A DNA stretch of 63,709 bases, counting the filler. It is 8 parts of 8 records of this genome, joined end to end, with 100 filler letters (N's around TTAATTAATTAA, not from the genome) between each part and the next. Parts side by side here need not be neighbours in the genome. Positions count along the whole stretch, not along the records: positions 40,995 to 52,166 come from SRR31156797_67925; positions 52,267 to 57,653 come from SRR31156797_67955; positions 57,754 to 63,709 come from SRR31156797_68066; 5 more parts are not named here. The stretch is one strand, 5' to 3'. Both the position numbers and the translations under genes were made by a program. The notes under the pieces are model-generated. The model was not told the origin of the DNA. It saw only the letters and a list, made by a program, of their open reading frames with translations, and searched no databases. Shown here piece by piece: positions 50,069 to 60,400 of the stretch. Within the stretch, counting starts at the first letter, position 1, and each line of letters starts with the position of its first letter.

Positions 50069-50644
50069 GTGAGTCGGGCGTCGCTGCGGGAAGCATTGAG
50101 TATTCTTCACGCCATGGGGCTAGTGGTTATTTCCCAAAGGAAAAGGACCCGCGTTAAATCCCTGGTGCCGGATAGTTTTGTGGACCCCATCCATACGCTT
50201 TTAAAGGAGGACAGGGAAAGCTTACTTGAGGTGATTGAAGTCAGGAAATGTATGGAGTCCTGGAATGCCTACCATGCCGCCGAGAGGGCGAGTGATGCCG
50301 AGATCGAACGGTTGGGGCAACATGTTGATTCCATGATGTCAAAGGGCACAATAAAGCAGCGTCTGATCGATAATGATGGGGAATTTCATGTGGCAATATC
50401 CGAGATGACCCACAATAAAATTCAGAGCCATTTGATGTTTTCCATATATGGGGTTATTCAGAATTCCGTTGGTATTTCTTATGAAGACAGTCAAATTGTC
50501 GAAATCTTAGAGGAACATAGAAACATATACCTGGCTATCAAGAAAAGAGATCCCGAACTGGCACGCCTTGAAATGATGCGTCATCTTGATAAAATTCAAG
50601 CCAGAATCCATTCTTTCTTTGAGAAAAAAGAAAAATCCAGTTGA
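50069..50644 (+). pseudogene. FadR/GntR-family regulator lacking the N-terminal part of its HTH
   Basis: Begins at VSRASLREAL, the recognition helix normally about 40 residues into the protein; FCD domain (EVR..ME, D.EFH, EEH..I, M..HL) intact. Confidence 0.75.
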
Positions 50645-50732
50645 TCGATTTGTTTAAGTGAGTCCCATATCTTTAATGGGCCGGAGCACCATGTTCAACC
50701 GGAACCACATTTGATAACGAAAAATCATACTT

Positions 50733-51734
50733 TCAACTTTTCAGTACCTCGGGGGGTACCATATGGGGCAGGACGCCGGACCGGTAGAATTCAATGATAT
50801 TCTCCGCGGCCAGCCGGGACATGGCGTCCCTGGCCTCCATGGTGCCGGATCCCACATGGGGAAGAACGGCAACGGTCTCCATGGACAGCAGGGGATTGTC
50901 CTTTGCCATGGGTTCCGGGTCTGTCACATCCAGTCCCGCGCCCCAGATTTCATTTGATTCAAGGGCTTTAATCAGGTCGGGCTCCCGGTGAACCGCTCCC
51001 CGGGCCGTGTTGATGAAAATGGCCGTGGGTTTCATCTTTTTGAAGGCGGCCCGGTCGAAACGTCCCCGGGTTTCGTCGCTCAGCACGCAATGGACCGACA
51101 GCACGTCACTTTGGGCCAGGAGCTCGTCAAAGCTGACCCGGGTGGCGTTCAATGCTTTTTCGGCGGCCTTGTTGGCGTGCCGGTTATGATAGATCACCTC
51201 CATGCCATAGGCGTTTTTGCACCGTTCGGCCATCTTGACGCCGATTCGGCCCAGGCCGAAGATTCCCAGGGTTTTTCCCTTCAGTTCCATGCCCAGGTTG
51301 CCCGTTGGATTAAAATATCCCCATTCCCCCTTGAGGATGGTTTTGTGGAGAAAAAACATTTTCCTTGCGGTGGCAATCATAAGGCCAAAGGCGATATCCG
51401 CCGTTGCCTCGCTCATGACATCGGGGGTGAATCCCACGGGAATACCCAGGTCTGTGGCGGCGTTTATATCAATATTGTCATGGCCCACGGCATATTGGGA
51501 AATGATCTCCAGATGCCTGCACTTTTCAAGGAACGGCCGGTCGATCCTGTCGCCGATGGTGCACAGCAGGGCCTGGTGGTCCATTGAATGCTTAACGAGT
51601 TCAGACGGGGTCATGGGGCGGTCCCTGGTCCAGAGGGTGAGTTCATACCCCCGGGTTTCCAGTTGTTTTATGCCAACCTCCGGAAAAATCCGTGTCACCA
51701 GTATTTTTTTTGCTTTATCCATGGAAATCCTCAT
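50733..51734 (-). CDS. D-2-hydroxyacid dehydrogenase (glyoxylate/hydroxypyruvate reductase-like)
   Basis: AVGHDNID, TPDV.SEATAD, GIFGLGRIG, FINTARG, AGLDVTDPEP, LPHVGS. Confidence 0.93.
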   Translation of the reverse strand: MRISMDKAKKILVTRIFPEVGIKQLETRGYELTLWTRDRPMTPSELVKHSMDHQALLCTIGDRIDRPFLEKCRHLEIISQYAVGHDNIDINAATDLGIPVGFTPDVMSEATADIAFGLMIATARKMFFLHKTILKGEWGYFNPTGNLGMELKGKTLGIFGLGRIGVKMAERCKNAYGMEVIYHNRHANKAAEKALNATRVSFDELLAQSDVLSVHCVLSDETRGRFDRAAFKKMKPTAIFINTARGAVHREPDLIKALESNEIWGAGLDVTDPEPMAKDNPLLSMETVAVLPHVGSGTMEARDAMSRLAAENIIEFYRSGVLPHMVPPEVLKS

Positions 51735-51815
51735 TTATTGTATTAATGCCGATATCGATCCCATGATCAAACCGGGGGAAGGGATTTCTCCTCCCCGGTT
51801 TTAACTGATATTGCC

Positions 51816-52166
51816 TCAGGGGGTGGCGCGCTGTTTGATCTCATAAAAAATGGTAACGTTGTTTTTACCATGATCCCGGAGCTTCAGGTTGGACTGGCCC
51901 AGGGCGAAACCGGTGGATACTTTTCCAGATTGCGTGATCTGGTCCAGGGGGATCGGTTCGGTGAACAGGGTCGTGGTATCCTTCAGGGCCATGCTTCCCC
52001 CCTTGACCATAACGGTTTCCGGAACGGCCTTTGCCGATGAAATGATGAGGCCCTGCCTGAGGCGGCCTGTCCAGGTGGGTTGAACCGCCAGTTGCTTTTG
52101 TATGGTTTCATCCACGGTCACCTCAACCTCGGAAGGCTCGAATTGTTTTAACCGTATGCCGGGAGG
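51816..52166 (-). CDS. CdaR/YbbR-like protein, C-terminal part (5' partial)
   Basis: LPPGIRL..FEPSEVEVTVD, PETV.VKG, TEPI.L repeats typical of YbbR domains. Confidence 0.65.
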   Translation of the reverse strand, partial: PPGIRLKQFEPSEVEVTVDETIQKQLAVQPTWTGRLRQGLIISSAKAVPETVMVKGGSMALKDTTTLFTEPIPLDQITQSGKVSTGFALGQSNLKLRDHGKNNVTIFYEIKQRATP

Positions 52167-52266
52167 NNNNNNNNNNNNNNNNNNNNNNNNNNNNNNNNNN
52201 NNNNNNNNNNTTAATTAATTAANNNNNNNNNNNNNNNNNNNNNNNNNNNNNNNNNNNNNNNNNNNN
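52167..52266. other. Artificial contig linker
   Basis: N-TTAATTAATTAA-N spacer. Confidence 0.99.
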
Positions 52267-52488
52267 GTTCTGGATGGCTGTAACATCTGTACTTTCGAGT
52301 AATACTTTATTGTTTAAAATAATGCCTTCAACCTGTTCTTTTACCTCAATCCGGTAGCTGTTTTTAACTTCTTCTGTAAAAAGAAACGTACCCTTTACTT
52401 TGTTATCGTTTTGGGATAAGATTGCTTGTCCTTCCGATCTTCCATATTCAAAATCTTCCGTATATTTCCATGTGCCGGTAATATTCAT
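52267..52488 (-). CDS. Hypothetical protein, N-terminal part (3' partial)
   Basis: MNITGTWKYTEDFEYG..; open to the contig edge. Confidence 0.55.
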
Positions 52489-52556
52489 ATCGTACATTTT
52501 GTGGCACAAAGGTAGTGTAAAAAAATATTTCGAAAAGGAGTTGTTTAGGAATCCAT

Positions 52557-55016
52557 TTAACCCATATGATGAGAATTCTTTAGGTAACCAGAAATCAGTT
52601 GAATCAACTTTTCAGGATTAATTGGTTTGGATATAAAATCATCGCAACCAGCTTTTAAACTTTCCATGCGATCTACTTCGAAAGCGTAGGCTGTTTGGGC
52701 AATTATGGGAATGTTGTAACCTTTATTTCTTAGCTCTCTGGTAACTTCCCATCCATTCATTAAAGGTAATTGTATGTCCATTAAAATTATAGATACATTT
52801 TTATTCTTGATAAAAGTATCAAGGGTTTCCTGACCGGTTTTTGCCCGGTGAAGAATAAGGTTGTGATTCTTTAATACTTCCTGAAGATAAAGGAAACTGA
52901 TGTCATCATCCTCGGCAATTAAAATATGTTCGCCGTTAAAATCAACAAATTTTGAATCAACGGTAGTGTGATAATCAGTTGGCGATTCACATAAATCAAG
53001 TTCAATGTTAAAATAAAAAGCCGATCCCTTTCCTTCTTCCGACTCGCACCAGATCTCTCCTTTTAGAAGCTTTGTACATGCTTTGGCTATGGACAATCCT
53101 AAACCGGTTCCTCCAAAATTTTGTTCGATTGATGAACCTCCCTGCCTAAAACGTTTAAAGATATGTTTTTGCGCTCTTTTAGAAATCCCAATACCGGTAT
53201 CTTTAACGTAAAACAGTATGTCTGTTTCCCTGAGGTTATATCCGAATTCAATGAATCCTCTTTTGGTAAATTTTAAGGCATTACCCAGCAAGTTTATAAT
53301 TATTTGCCGTAATCTTTTTTCATCGGTTTTAATGTGCAGGTGATTGTGGGGAAAGCGTTTTAACAGTTGAACCTGGTTGTTTTTTTTAGACTTTAGTTGT
53401 GAATGAAAGATATTAAATATGTCGGTAAGAAATTTGATCAGGTCTACTTCTTTCAAGTCAACATTTGCCTGTCCAGCATTTATTTTCGAAATATCAATTA
53501 TGTCGTTAATCAGGTCAAGTAAATGGTTCCCACTATTTATAATGATATTTGCAAAATTATCCAACTCTTCTCGCGAACGTTCTTTGTCTTTCAGGAATTG
53601 CGAGAAACCGACGATTGCATTCATCGGGGTTCTGATTTCGTGGCTCATATTGGCTAAAAAAGTGGATTTTAGTTTGTTGCTTTCCTCCGCTTTTTCCTTT
53701 GCCAGTAACAGTTGTTGCTCGTAATCTTTTATTGTAGTAATGTCCTGAATGGTTCCAAAGAGTTTTACTGGATTTCCATCAGTATCCACTTCCAATTGTC
53801 CTTTTCCATGCACCCAGCCTTCGTTTCCGTTTTTATAGTTAAGTATTTTGTATTCCTTGTCGAAGTTCTCGCGATTGTTTAAAATGTTTACCATCAGGTA
53901 ATTTGTCATTTCTTCTCTCGATGTGGGATGAACCAAATTTAACCAACCTTCGGCATTTCGTTTGTATTTTGTATCAATCCCAAATATTTCATCAAGGGTT
54001 TCAGAACTTGTCCATTCGTCGGTAAGAATATTAAAAACGTAATAACCAATTTTTGCAACTTTTTGCGATTCTTTGAGTTGATATTCACTTTCTTCGGTTC
54101 TTCTTATTGCCGATTTTAGCTCATTTTCAATCTCCTTTTTGTTGGTAATGTCTTCTGATATGCCAAGCAGGTATTTGTTATTATTGTTTTCATCTTTAAT
54201 AGCTATTTTTTTTGTTGACAGAATTCGTTTTCCAAACCTGGTGTCAGCTTCTTCTTCATCAATACTAATTAATCTGTCTTCATCAAAAACAGCTCTGTCT
54301 TTTGAGGTGAAAAAATCTGCTTGTCCTTTTGGGAAAAAGTCATAATCGTTTTTTCCAATTACTTCTTCCCGTGTAAATCCCAATAAATTTTCGCCTGCTT
54401 TATTTAGTTCAATAAATCGTAAATCTTTGGCATCTTTAACAAAAATCATAAGGGGTATATTTTCAATAATACGTTCTAAGAATAACTCACTTTCTTCCAG
54501 TTTTTCCTTTTCACTTCTAAGTGCTTCCTGGGCTTTTTTTCTACTTGAAATGTCGTGGGCGATACCTAATATCCCGATCAGGTTGTTATGTTCGTCATAC
54601 ATTGGCGTTTTTATGGTTTCAAAAAGCCCGCTATAACCATCCTTGGCAAAGGTGAGCCATTCTTCGTTTACGGAAGGTTTCCCTGCATTTAATGCATCTT
54701 TATCTTTGCCTCGGAAAAAATCGGCCAATTCTTTGTCAATAAAATCATAATCGGTTTTACCAATTATCTCCTCTTCAGTTGATCCAAAAAACTCTTCAAA
54801 ACGGGTGTTGCAACTTAAGTAAACTCCTTCCTTATTTTTTATCCATACCAGGTCGGGAATTGTTTTGTAAAGGGTTTTCAAAAAAGTAACTTGATTATTG
54901 TCGGTATTAGGTAATTCCTTTTTAATACGTTCTATTTCCTGTTTTAGCAGATGATTTTCTTCCTGTAGTTTTTGAATGATAACTCTATCTTCAGAATTTT
55001 GATCGGATTTTTTCAT
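52557..55016 (-). CDS. Cytoplasmic multi-PAS hybrid histidine kinase / response regulator
   Basis: Three PAS/PAC units, FLANMSHEIRTPMN, NALKFT, DTGIGI, GTGLGL, C-terminal REC (ILIAEDD, LMDIQLP, KP). Confidence 0.95.
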   Translation of the reverse strand: MKKSDQNSEDRVIIQKLQEENHLLKQEIERIKKELPNTDNNQVTFLKTLYKTIPDLVWIKNKEGVYLSCNTRFEEFFGSTEEEIIGKTDYDFIDKELADFFRGKDKDALNAGKPSVNEEWLTFAKDGYSGLFETIKTPMYDEHNNLIGILGIAHDISSRKKAQEALRSEKEKLEESELFLERIIENIPLMIFVKDAKDLRFIELNKAGENLLGFTREEVIGKNDYDFFPKGQADFFTSKDRAVFDEDRLISIDEEEADTRFGKRILSTKKIAIKDENNNNKYLLGISEDITNKKEIENELKSAIRRTEESEYQLKESQKVAKIGYYVFNILTDEWTSSETLDEIFGIDTKYKRNAEGWLNLVHPTSREEMTNYLMVNILNNRENFDKEYKILNYKNGNEGWVHGKGQLEVDTDGNPVKLFGTIQDITTIKDYEQQLLLAKEKAEESNKLKSTFLANMSHEIRTPMNAIVGFSQFLKDKERSREELDNFANIIINSGNHLLDLINDIIDISKINAGQANVDLKEVDLIKFLTDIFNIFHSQLKSKKNNQVQLLKRFPHNHLHIKTDEKRLRQIIINLLGNALKFTKRGFIEFGYNLRETDILFYVKDTGIGISKRAQKHIFKRFRQGGSSIEQNFGGTGLGLSIAKACTKLLKGEIWCESEEGKGSAFYFNIELDLCESPTDYHTTVDSKFVDFNGEHILIAEDDDISFLYLQEVLKNHNLILHRAKTGQETLDTFIKNKNVSIILMDIQLPLMNGWEVTRELRNKGYNIPIIAQTAYAFEVDRMESLKAGCDDFISKPINPEKLIQLISGYLKNSHHMG

Positions 55017-55342
55017 AGGATCATTTTTTTTCTTTAGACAATGCATCAGAAATAAGGAAGAGTACTAAAAAGATATTGAAATAAATATACTAAAAAAATA
55101 TATATAAGAAAGGTTAAAATTTAGTTTCAGGTAGGAATCTATTTGAGGATTTGAAAGAAAAGAACAAGAAATTGTAGAAATGACACAATGAACCTAAGGC
55201 CTTGAAAAAAAAAGTTTTATGTATTATGACGGTCAGTAATATTTTGTTTTGATACATCTGCTGAAAAACTATATAAAAGGAGTTCCATTATAAATAATAT
55301 TTTAAAGGTATCTGAACATAAAACAGGAATTATTTCAAGAAA

Positions 55343-56110
55343 TTAGATTAAACCAAGACTTTTGCAAAACATTACAGCCTGGGTTGAATTTTCTGTTTGG
55401 GTTTTGCGAAGGATATTTTGGCGATGGTTATTAACAGTGTTTATGCTAATATTCAATTTTTCGGAGATGTTAACACTGTCGTATCCCCTTGCAATAAATT
55501 CAATGACCTCTGTTTCACGTTTGGTTAATACTAGTTGGTATTCTACGTTATCAATGCTATTAAAGAGGTGAAGTTTTCCGGTTTTAATATTGATCATTCT
55601 GCGCTGCGGGACTTTGTTTTGAGCCTGCTCCGATAATATGTTACTAATGATAAGAATTAACCACGACTTACCCTTTTTATCTTGTTCTAAAACCAAAACC
55701 TGGTGCATATGACGTGTGTATATCCCTTCTTTATTTTTTGTTCTGAAATCGTATACAAGTTTGTAGTCCTTTTTCTCAGCAGGCGGCAACAATGCTATAA
55801 AACTGTATACCAAATTATCAGTTTCCAATACAAATGCAAGATCGTCAGGATGAATATTATTGTATTGGTCTTCTTTATCGATTAGTTGTTTTTTCTGACT
55901 AAAAAGACGTTTTTGTTCTGAACTTTGTAATAGAAAATGGCCTTTGTTCATATCAAACACTGCATATTCCGACCGTTCAACTTCTGCCAATCGTTGAAGA
56001 ATCTCAAGTTTTGGCTGTATATTCAAATAGTCCTTTTCACCTACCGCGCAAATGTGTTTCAACTTATTGTTTTTTCGTTCTGTATTTAACCAGTATAAAG
56101 ATGGATTCAT
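55343..56110 (-). CDS. LuxR-family regulator with N-terminal PAS-like domain
   Basis: IHPDD PAS motif; LTKRETEVI..IA.G...I.EKL.ISINTVNNHRQNI. Confidence 0.9.
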   Translation of the reverse strand: MNPSLYWLNTERKNNKLKHICAVGEKDYLNIQPKLEILQRLAEVERSEYAVFDMNKGHFLLQSSEQKRLFSQKKQLIDKEDQYNNIHPDDLAFVLETDNLVYSFIALLPPAEKKDYKLVYDFRTKNKEGIYTRHMHQVLVLEQDKKGKSWLILIISNILSEQAQNKVPQRRMINIKTGKLHLFNSIDNVEYQLVLTKRETEVIEFIARGYDSVNISEKLNISINTVNNHRQNILRKTQTENSTQAVMFCKSLGLI

Positions 56111-56224
56111 AAAAATGATGATTAATCACTATTTATCGTGCCGGCATAGCAAAATATATTTGCAAGGTAAAAATAATGAAATCAAACTTTTAATTGAATT
56201 GTAAGAAATAAAAGCTTTATATAT

Positions 56225-57653
56225 ATGTACGAAAGGAACAAAACTCTAAGAATATTCTTTTTAATAACGGGCACTGTGGCCCTAACTTTTTCAGGTATAA
56301 ATTGGAATAACGGATTTGCTGCCTGGATTGCTCCCTTATTCTTATTGCTGTACACGCGAAAAAGCAATTGGCTTGGATTTGTTGCTTTTTTTCTTGTGAT
56401 CTCAGTTGCTGGAGGAATTTCACAAACCAGTAATAACTTGTTACACTTACCAGAAGTAAACGTATTCAACGGAATAGTTTATGGGGTTCTTACAACCATT
56501 CCTTATTTAATCGATAGAATTATTTATCGCAACAAGTCGGCTTTTTATTACACCTTTCTTTTTCCAGCATCGGTTGTTCTTGTTGAGTATATGGCAAGTT
56601 TTGCCATTGGAACCTGGGGAAGTGTGGCTCATACACAATATGGCTTTAAAGCTTTTCTTCAATTGGGATCCATCACCGGAATTTATGGTATCTGGTTTTT
56701 AATTTCGTGGTTTGCCACTGGTCTTATTTGGTTTTTTGAGAACAGAATCAACAGGCGTTTAGTTTCTCATTCGGCAATTGTTTTTTGCATTTTGTTCATA
56801 GCAGTGATACTTTATGGTGGAGTACGTTTAAAAATAGAAGATTCCGGTACGGGTGAAGTGAAAGTAGCCGCAGTGCTAAGTGACATAGATATTAGTAGAC
56901 AAATGGCAGCTTTTACCGAGTTGGCAAAAGCTGAAGACAAAACCGTACCTGCAGGTCTTTTCTCAGATTCACTCGAAATCGATGTTTTGTTGAACCGAAC
57001 CCGTATAGCTGCCTGTAAGGGGGCAAAAATAATTGTTTGGAACGAGGTTGCGTTAAGTGTTTCAGAAGTGCAGAAACATTTTATACTTGCTGAAGTAAAG
57101 GAAATTTGTACCAATAATCAGGTTTATATTTTGGTTTCGTTTATTGAAGCCTGTACCGATGCCGGTAGCAAGCCTTTAAATAATATTAGCTTGCTGATAA
57201 CCCCAAAGGGAGAGATAGTTTGGGAATATCATAAATCCTTTTTACAACCTACAGCAGAAGCTCCAATTGTTAATGCCGGAGATTTTATATTACCGGTATA
57301 TCAAACAGAATACGGAAAAATTGGAAGCGTTATATGTTCCGATCTGGATATGCAGCACTACATTAAACAAGCAGGAGAGAAAGCGGTTGATATTCTTTTG
57401 GTATCGGCTTCTGATTGGGAAGAAATTACTCCTTTGCATTCGCGAATGGCAGTTATTCAAGCTATTCAGTTTGGATGTAATATTGTTCGGGCAAATGGAA
57501 AGGGAGTTTCAGCTGTGTATAATTATAAGGGCATTGAAATGGCATCATTAAATTCTTTACAAAGCAACAAGAAGATTCTTTACGCCACATTGCCATTAAA
57601 GTCGGTAAGAACAATTTATTCTAAACTCGGAGACGTATTACCCGTGTTAAGTA
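56225..57653 (+). CDS. Membrane-anchored nitrilase-superfamily (Lnt-like) carbon-nitrogen hydrolase (3' partial)
   Basis: Multi-TM N-terminus; E-K-C triad in VWNE, YHK, ICSD; GTWGS.AHTQ. Confidence 0.8.
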
Positions 57654-57753
57654 NNNNNNNNNNNNNNNNNNNNNNNNNNNNNNNNNNNNNNNNNNNNTTA
57701 ATTAATTAANNNNNNNNNNNNNNNNNNNNNNNNNNNNNNNNNNNNNNNNNNNN
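57654..57753. other. Artificial contig linker
   Basis: N-TTAATTAATTAA-N spacer. Confidence 0.99.
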
Positions 57754-58533
57754 CCAGATGGATTCAAGACGTACACGGATAACCCGGAAGAGAAGATCCA
57801 GCTGGGAGTCGACGGATACACCGGAAGCAAAATGTTTCGGACGGCCCTTGTACCTATCCAGCCCGGAGACTACAGGATCGAACCCATAAATCTATCGTAT
57901 TTCGATGTTGAAACAGGCCAATATCGCACGATCGCTACCGCCGCATTCGATGTGACGGCCTCTCCTTCCGAAACGGAAGCCGCCGATGTCGAAGTTTTTA
58001 GAGCTTCACAGGCCCAGCCTCTGTCCATAAAAAAGCGGGTCGAGTTCACCGGGCGTGACATTTTGCCCATTAAAACCAGCCTTGAAGTGGTACAATCAAG
58101 AACTCAAATGGCCACCTGGTGGTTCGGGCTCCTGATGTTCCTGCCCCTTTTGGGGTTTGCCACAACGGCCATCGTCCTGCGTATGAAACGGGAAGATGAC
58201 TCTCCGGGCAGAATCATGGCCGATAGGGCGAAAAAGTCACTGAAAGCCGCCCAGGCCACCGGTAAAACCGATGCCGAGTTTCTTTCCGCTCTGTACCGGG
58301 CCCTGGTGTCGGCCATCAACAGCAAAAAAGGGGTGGCGGGAGCGTCCTTGACCTGGTCGGAGGCAAAAATAGAGCTCGCCGAATTCGGCTGGAAATCGGA
58401 AGATGTCGCGGAAGCGGCCAAACTGCTGGAGACCATCGAATCCTTTAATTACTCCGGTGGCACCCTGGACGGAGACAAACGGGCAGAACTTCTCGAAAAT
58501 ACAAAAAAAGCGGTTCAAAGGCTTACACGATGA
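57754..58533 (+). CDS. batD: BatD-family protein, C-terminal part (5' partial)
   Basis: FKTY.D.P, ALVP..PG.Y.I.P..LSYFD..TGQY, DILPIK, single TM, helical tail. Confidence 0.8.
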   Translation, partial: PDGFKTYTDNPEEKIQLGVDGYTGSKMFRTALVPIQPGDYRIEPINLSYFDVETGQYRTIATAAFDVTASPSETEAADVEVFRASQAQPLSIKKRVEFTGRDILPIKTSLEVVQSRTQMATWWFGLLMFLPLLGFATTAIVLRMKREDDSPGRIMADRAKKSLKAAQATGKTDAEFLSALYRALVSAINSKKGVAGASLTWSEAKIELAEFGWKSEDVAEAAKLLETIESFNYSGGTLDGDKRAELLENTKKAVQRLTR

Positions 58534-59297
58534 AACAAATGTCCGGACCGGTACTGTTTGTCCTGCTCATGGGATGGGGGCTCGGCGTCTGGCAGTTTGC
58601 CCAGGCTTCTGAGTCGGAAACCGCCCGGATTTTTGTTGAAGGGACAAACAGCTATGAAAAAGGGGACTGGCCGGCTGCCATTCAGGCCTTTGAAGATCTG
58701 GCGAATAGCGGAATAGAAAACGGTCTTCTCTTTTACAACCTCGGCAATGCGCATCTGAAAAACGATGACCTGGGACCTGCCCTTTGGTGGTATGAACGGG
58801 CATTGAAACAAATCCCCGACGATCCGGATCTTCGATTCAATTACGACTACGCCCGGACACTCACCCGGGATGAGAGAGGTGAGGAAGGGGGTCCGCTTTT
58901 TCGAATTCTTTTTTTCTGGAAATATCAGTTGAGTGCGCCCATTGTGCGGTGGACGGCCATTCTCCTCAATGCCGTTCTTTGGATCTCCCTCTCCATTCTG
59001 GCCATCCGGAAAAAGCCTCTTTTTCGTCCCAGTATCGTCGTTCTTTCGGCCTGCACGATCCTTTTTTCCGCCACATCACTTTATAATTACTATGAATCCA
59101 GCCAGATTCATCATGCCGTGATTTTACCCCGGCAGGTCTCTGTCCGTTCCGGCTACACAGATTCCGCCACCGAACTGTTTGTTCTTCACGCCGGTACCAA
59201 AGTCCGTGTTGAACGAAAATCCGACACCCATCTTCTCATCCGCTACACCCAGGATAAAATCGGATGGGTGAAAAAGGCTGAAGCCGGAGTGATCTGA
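58530..59297 (+). CDS. batE: BatE-like TPR + SH3b protein
   Basis: LFYNLGNAHLK..DLGPA..WYERAL..PDDPD..FN; LHAGTKV, IGWV. Confidence 0.85.
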   Translation: MKQMSGPVLFVLLMGWGLGVWQFAQASESETARIFVEGTNSYEKGDWPAAIQAFEDLANSGIENGLLFYNLGNAHLKNDDLGPALWWYERALKQIPDDPDLRFNYDYARTLTRDERGEEGGPLFRILFFWKYQLSAPIVRWTAILLNAVLWISLSILAIRKKPLFRPSIVVLSACTILFSATSLYNYYESSQIHHAVILPRQVSVRSGYTDSATELFVLHAGTKVRVERKSDTHLLIRYTQDKIGWVKKAEAGVI

Positions 59298-59337
59298 AGT
59301 TTCCAAAACAAAACCCTGCTTCTTCGGGTTGAAGAAG

Positions 59338-60310
59338 CGCTGAATCATGGATCGTAGGCACGAACCGACATTTCGATTTTATTCAAAATCCCCTCATCCA
59401 CATTCCCGTCCTGGATCAGGCTGCGCGCCGCCTGATCGACACTCATGTTGATGGGCCCGAGGTTGTGGGTTGTTCCGACAATCATATTGGCCCGCGTTAT
59501 CAATCCGTTTTCATCGGTAGAGTAATCGTGAATCAGGGTTCCACGGGGAGCTTCCACGCAACCGACGCCACGTCCGGCACCCGGTATCACTTCGGCCCGG
59601 ATGTTGGGATCCGTAATTTCGGGACCATTGAGAAGTTCGATGGCATGCACGCAGGCGTAGATCCCTTCAATGAGGCGCGCCCAGTGGTAAAGCAGGGTGG
59701 CCTGTGCCGGACGGCCGAATTGCTCCCGGAACTCTTCGAGTTCTGCCTGGGCCTTTGGCGTGGTAAATTTATCCGCCGCATTGATCCGGGCCAGACAGTT
59801 GGCGCGGTAAATCCCCTTCGGTGCATCCAGATCAAGAGAAAAGCCCTCGTTCCAGCTGCTGGCATAGGGAAACTTTCCATAGGACCAGGGAACCACCTGT
59901 TCGGTCAGGTAATCGGTGTACTCCTGGGGATCGAAATCCGTGTAGCTGCCGTCCGGTTTCATCAGCCGGAGTTTACCGTCATACAGATTCAGGGCTCCGT
60001 CGTTATCAACGGTTCCCAGAAATCCGGTGTTGATGACACCAAGGGTCTGAACCGTCTCGAGATAGGGGGGAAAGACCTGGGTTTTGGCAAAATCACTGGT
60101 CTTTTTTGGATTGATTTCGTCGATATCGATTTCAAACACCTCGCCAGGTCTGTTACCCGGCCCTTGTGCCGAATCGACAATAATAATTTGTTTGGGTTTT
60201 TTCGGGGCCAGCAGGATATCAAATAGGAAGTCGCGAATGGATGTCCCTACGCCCAAAAAGCCTGCATGCTCAGGTGCTTCAGGGTGATTTTCCAGTTCGG
60301 GAGCAACTCG
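59338..60310 (-). pseudogene. Chimeric remnant: hydrogenase maturation protease fragment fused to the C-terminal half of an MvhA/VhuA-type [NiFeSe]-hydrogenase large subunit
   Basis: GTSIRDFLFD..IIIVDS..PGEVFEI.ID..KKTSDF joined to ..LYHWARLIE, VEAPRGTLIHDY, ANMIVGTTHN, EM.VRAYDP-TGA-FS; boundaries approximate. Confidence 0.75.
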
Positions 60311-60400
60311 ATTGGCATTCTGCAAAATGGTCAAATTATTTTTTTGATTCCAAAATGGAATGACCGATAGTAAAATAGATACACATGGAGGAGTCGAAGC

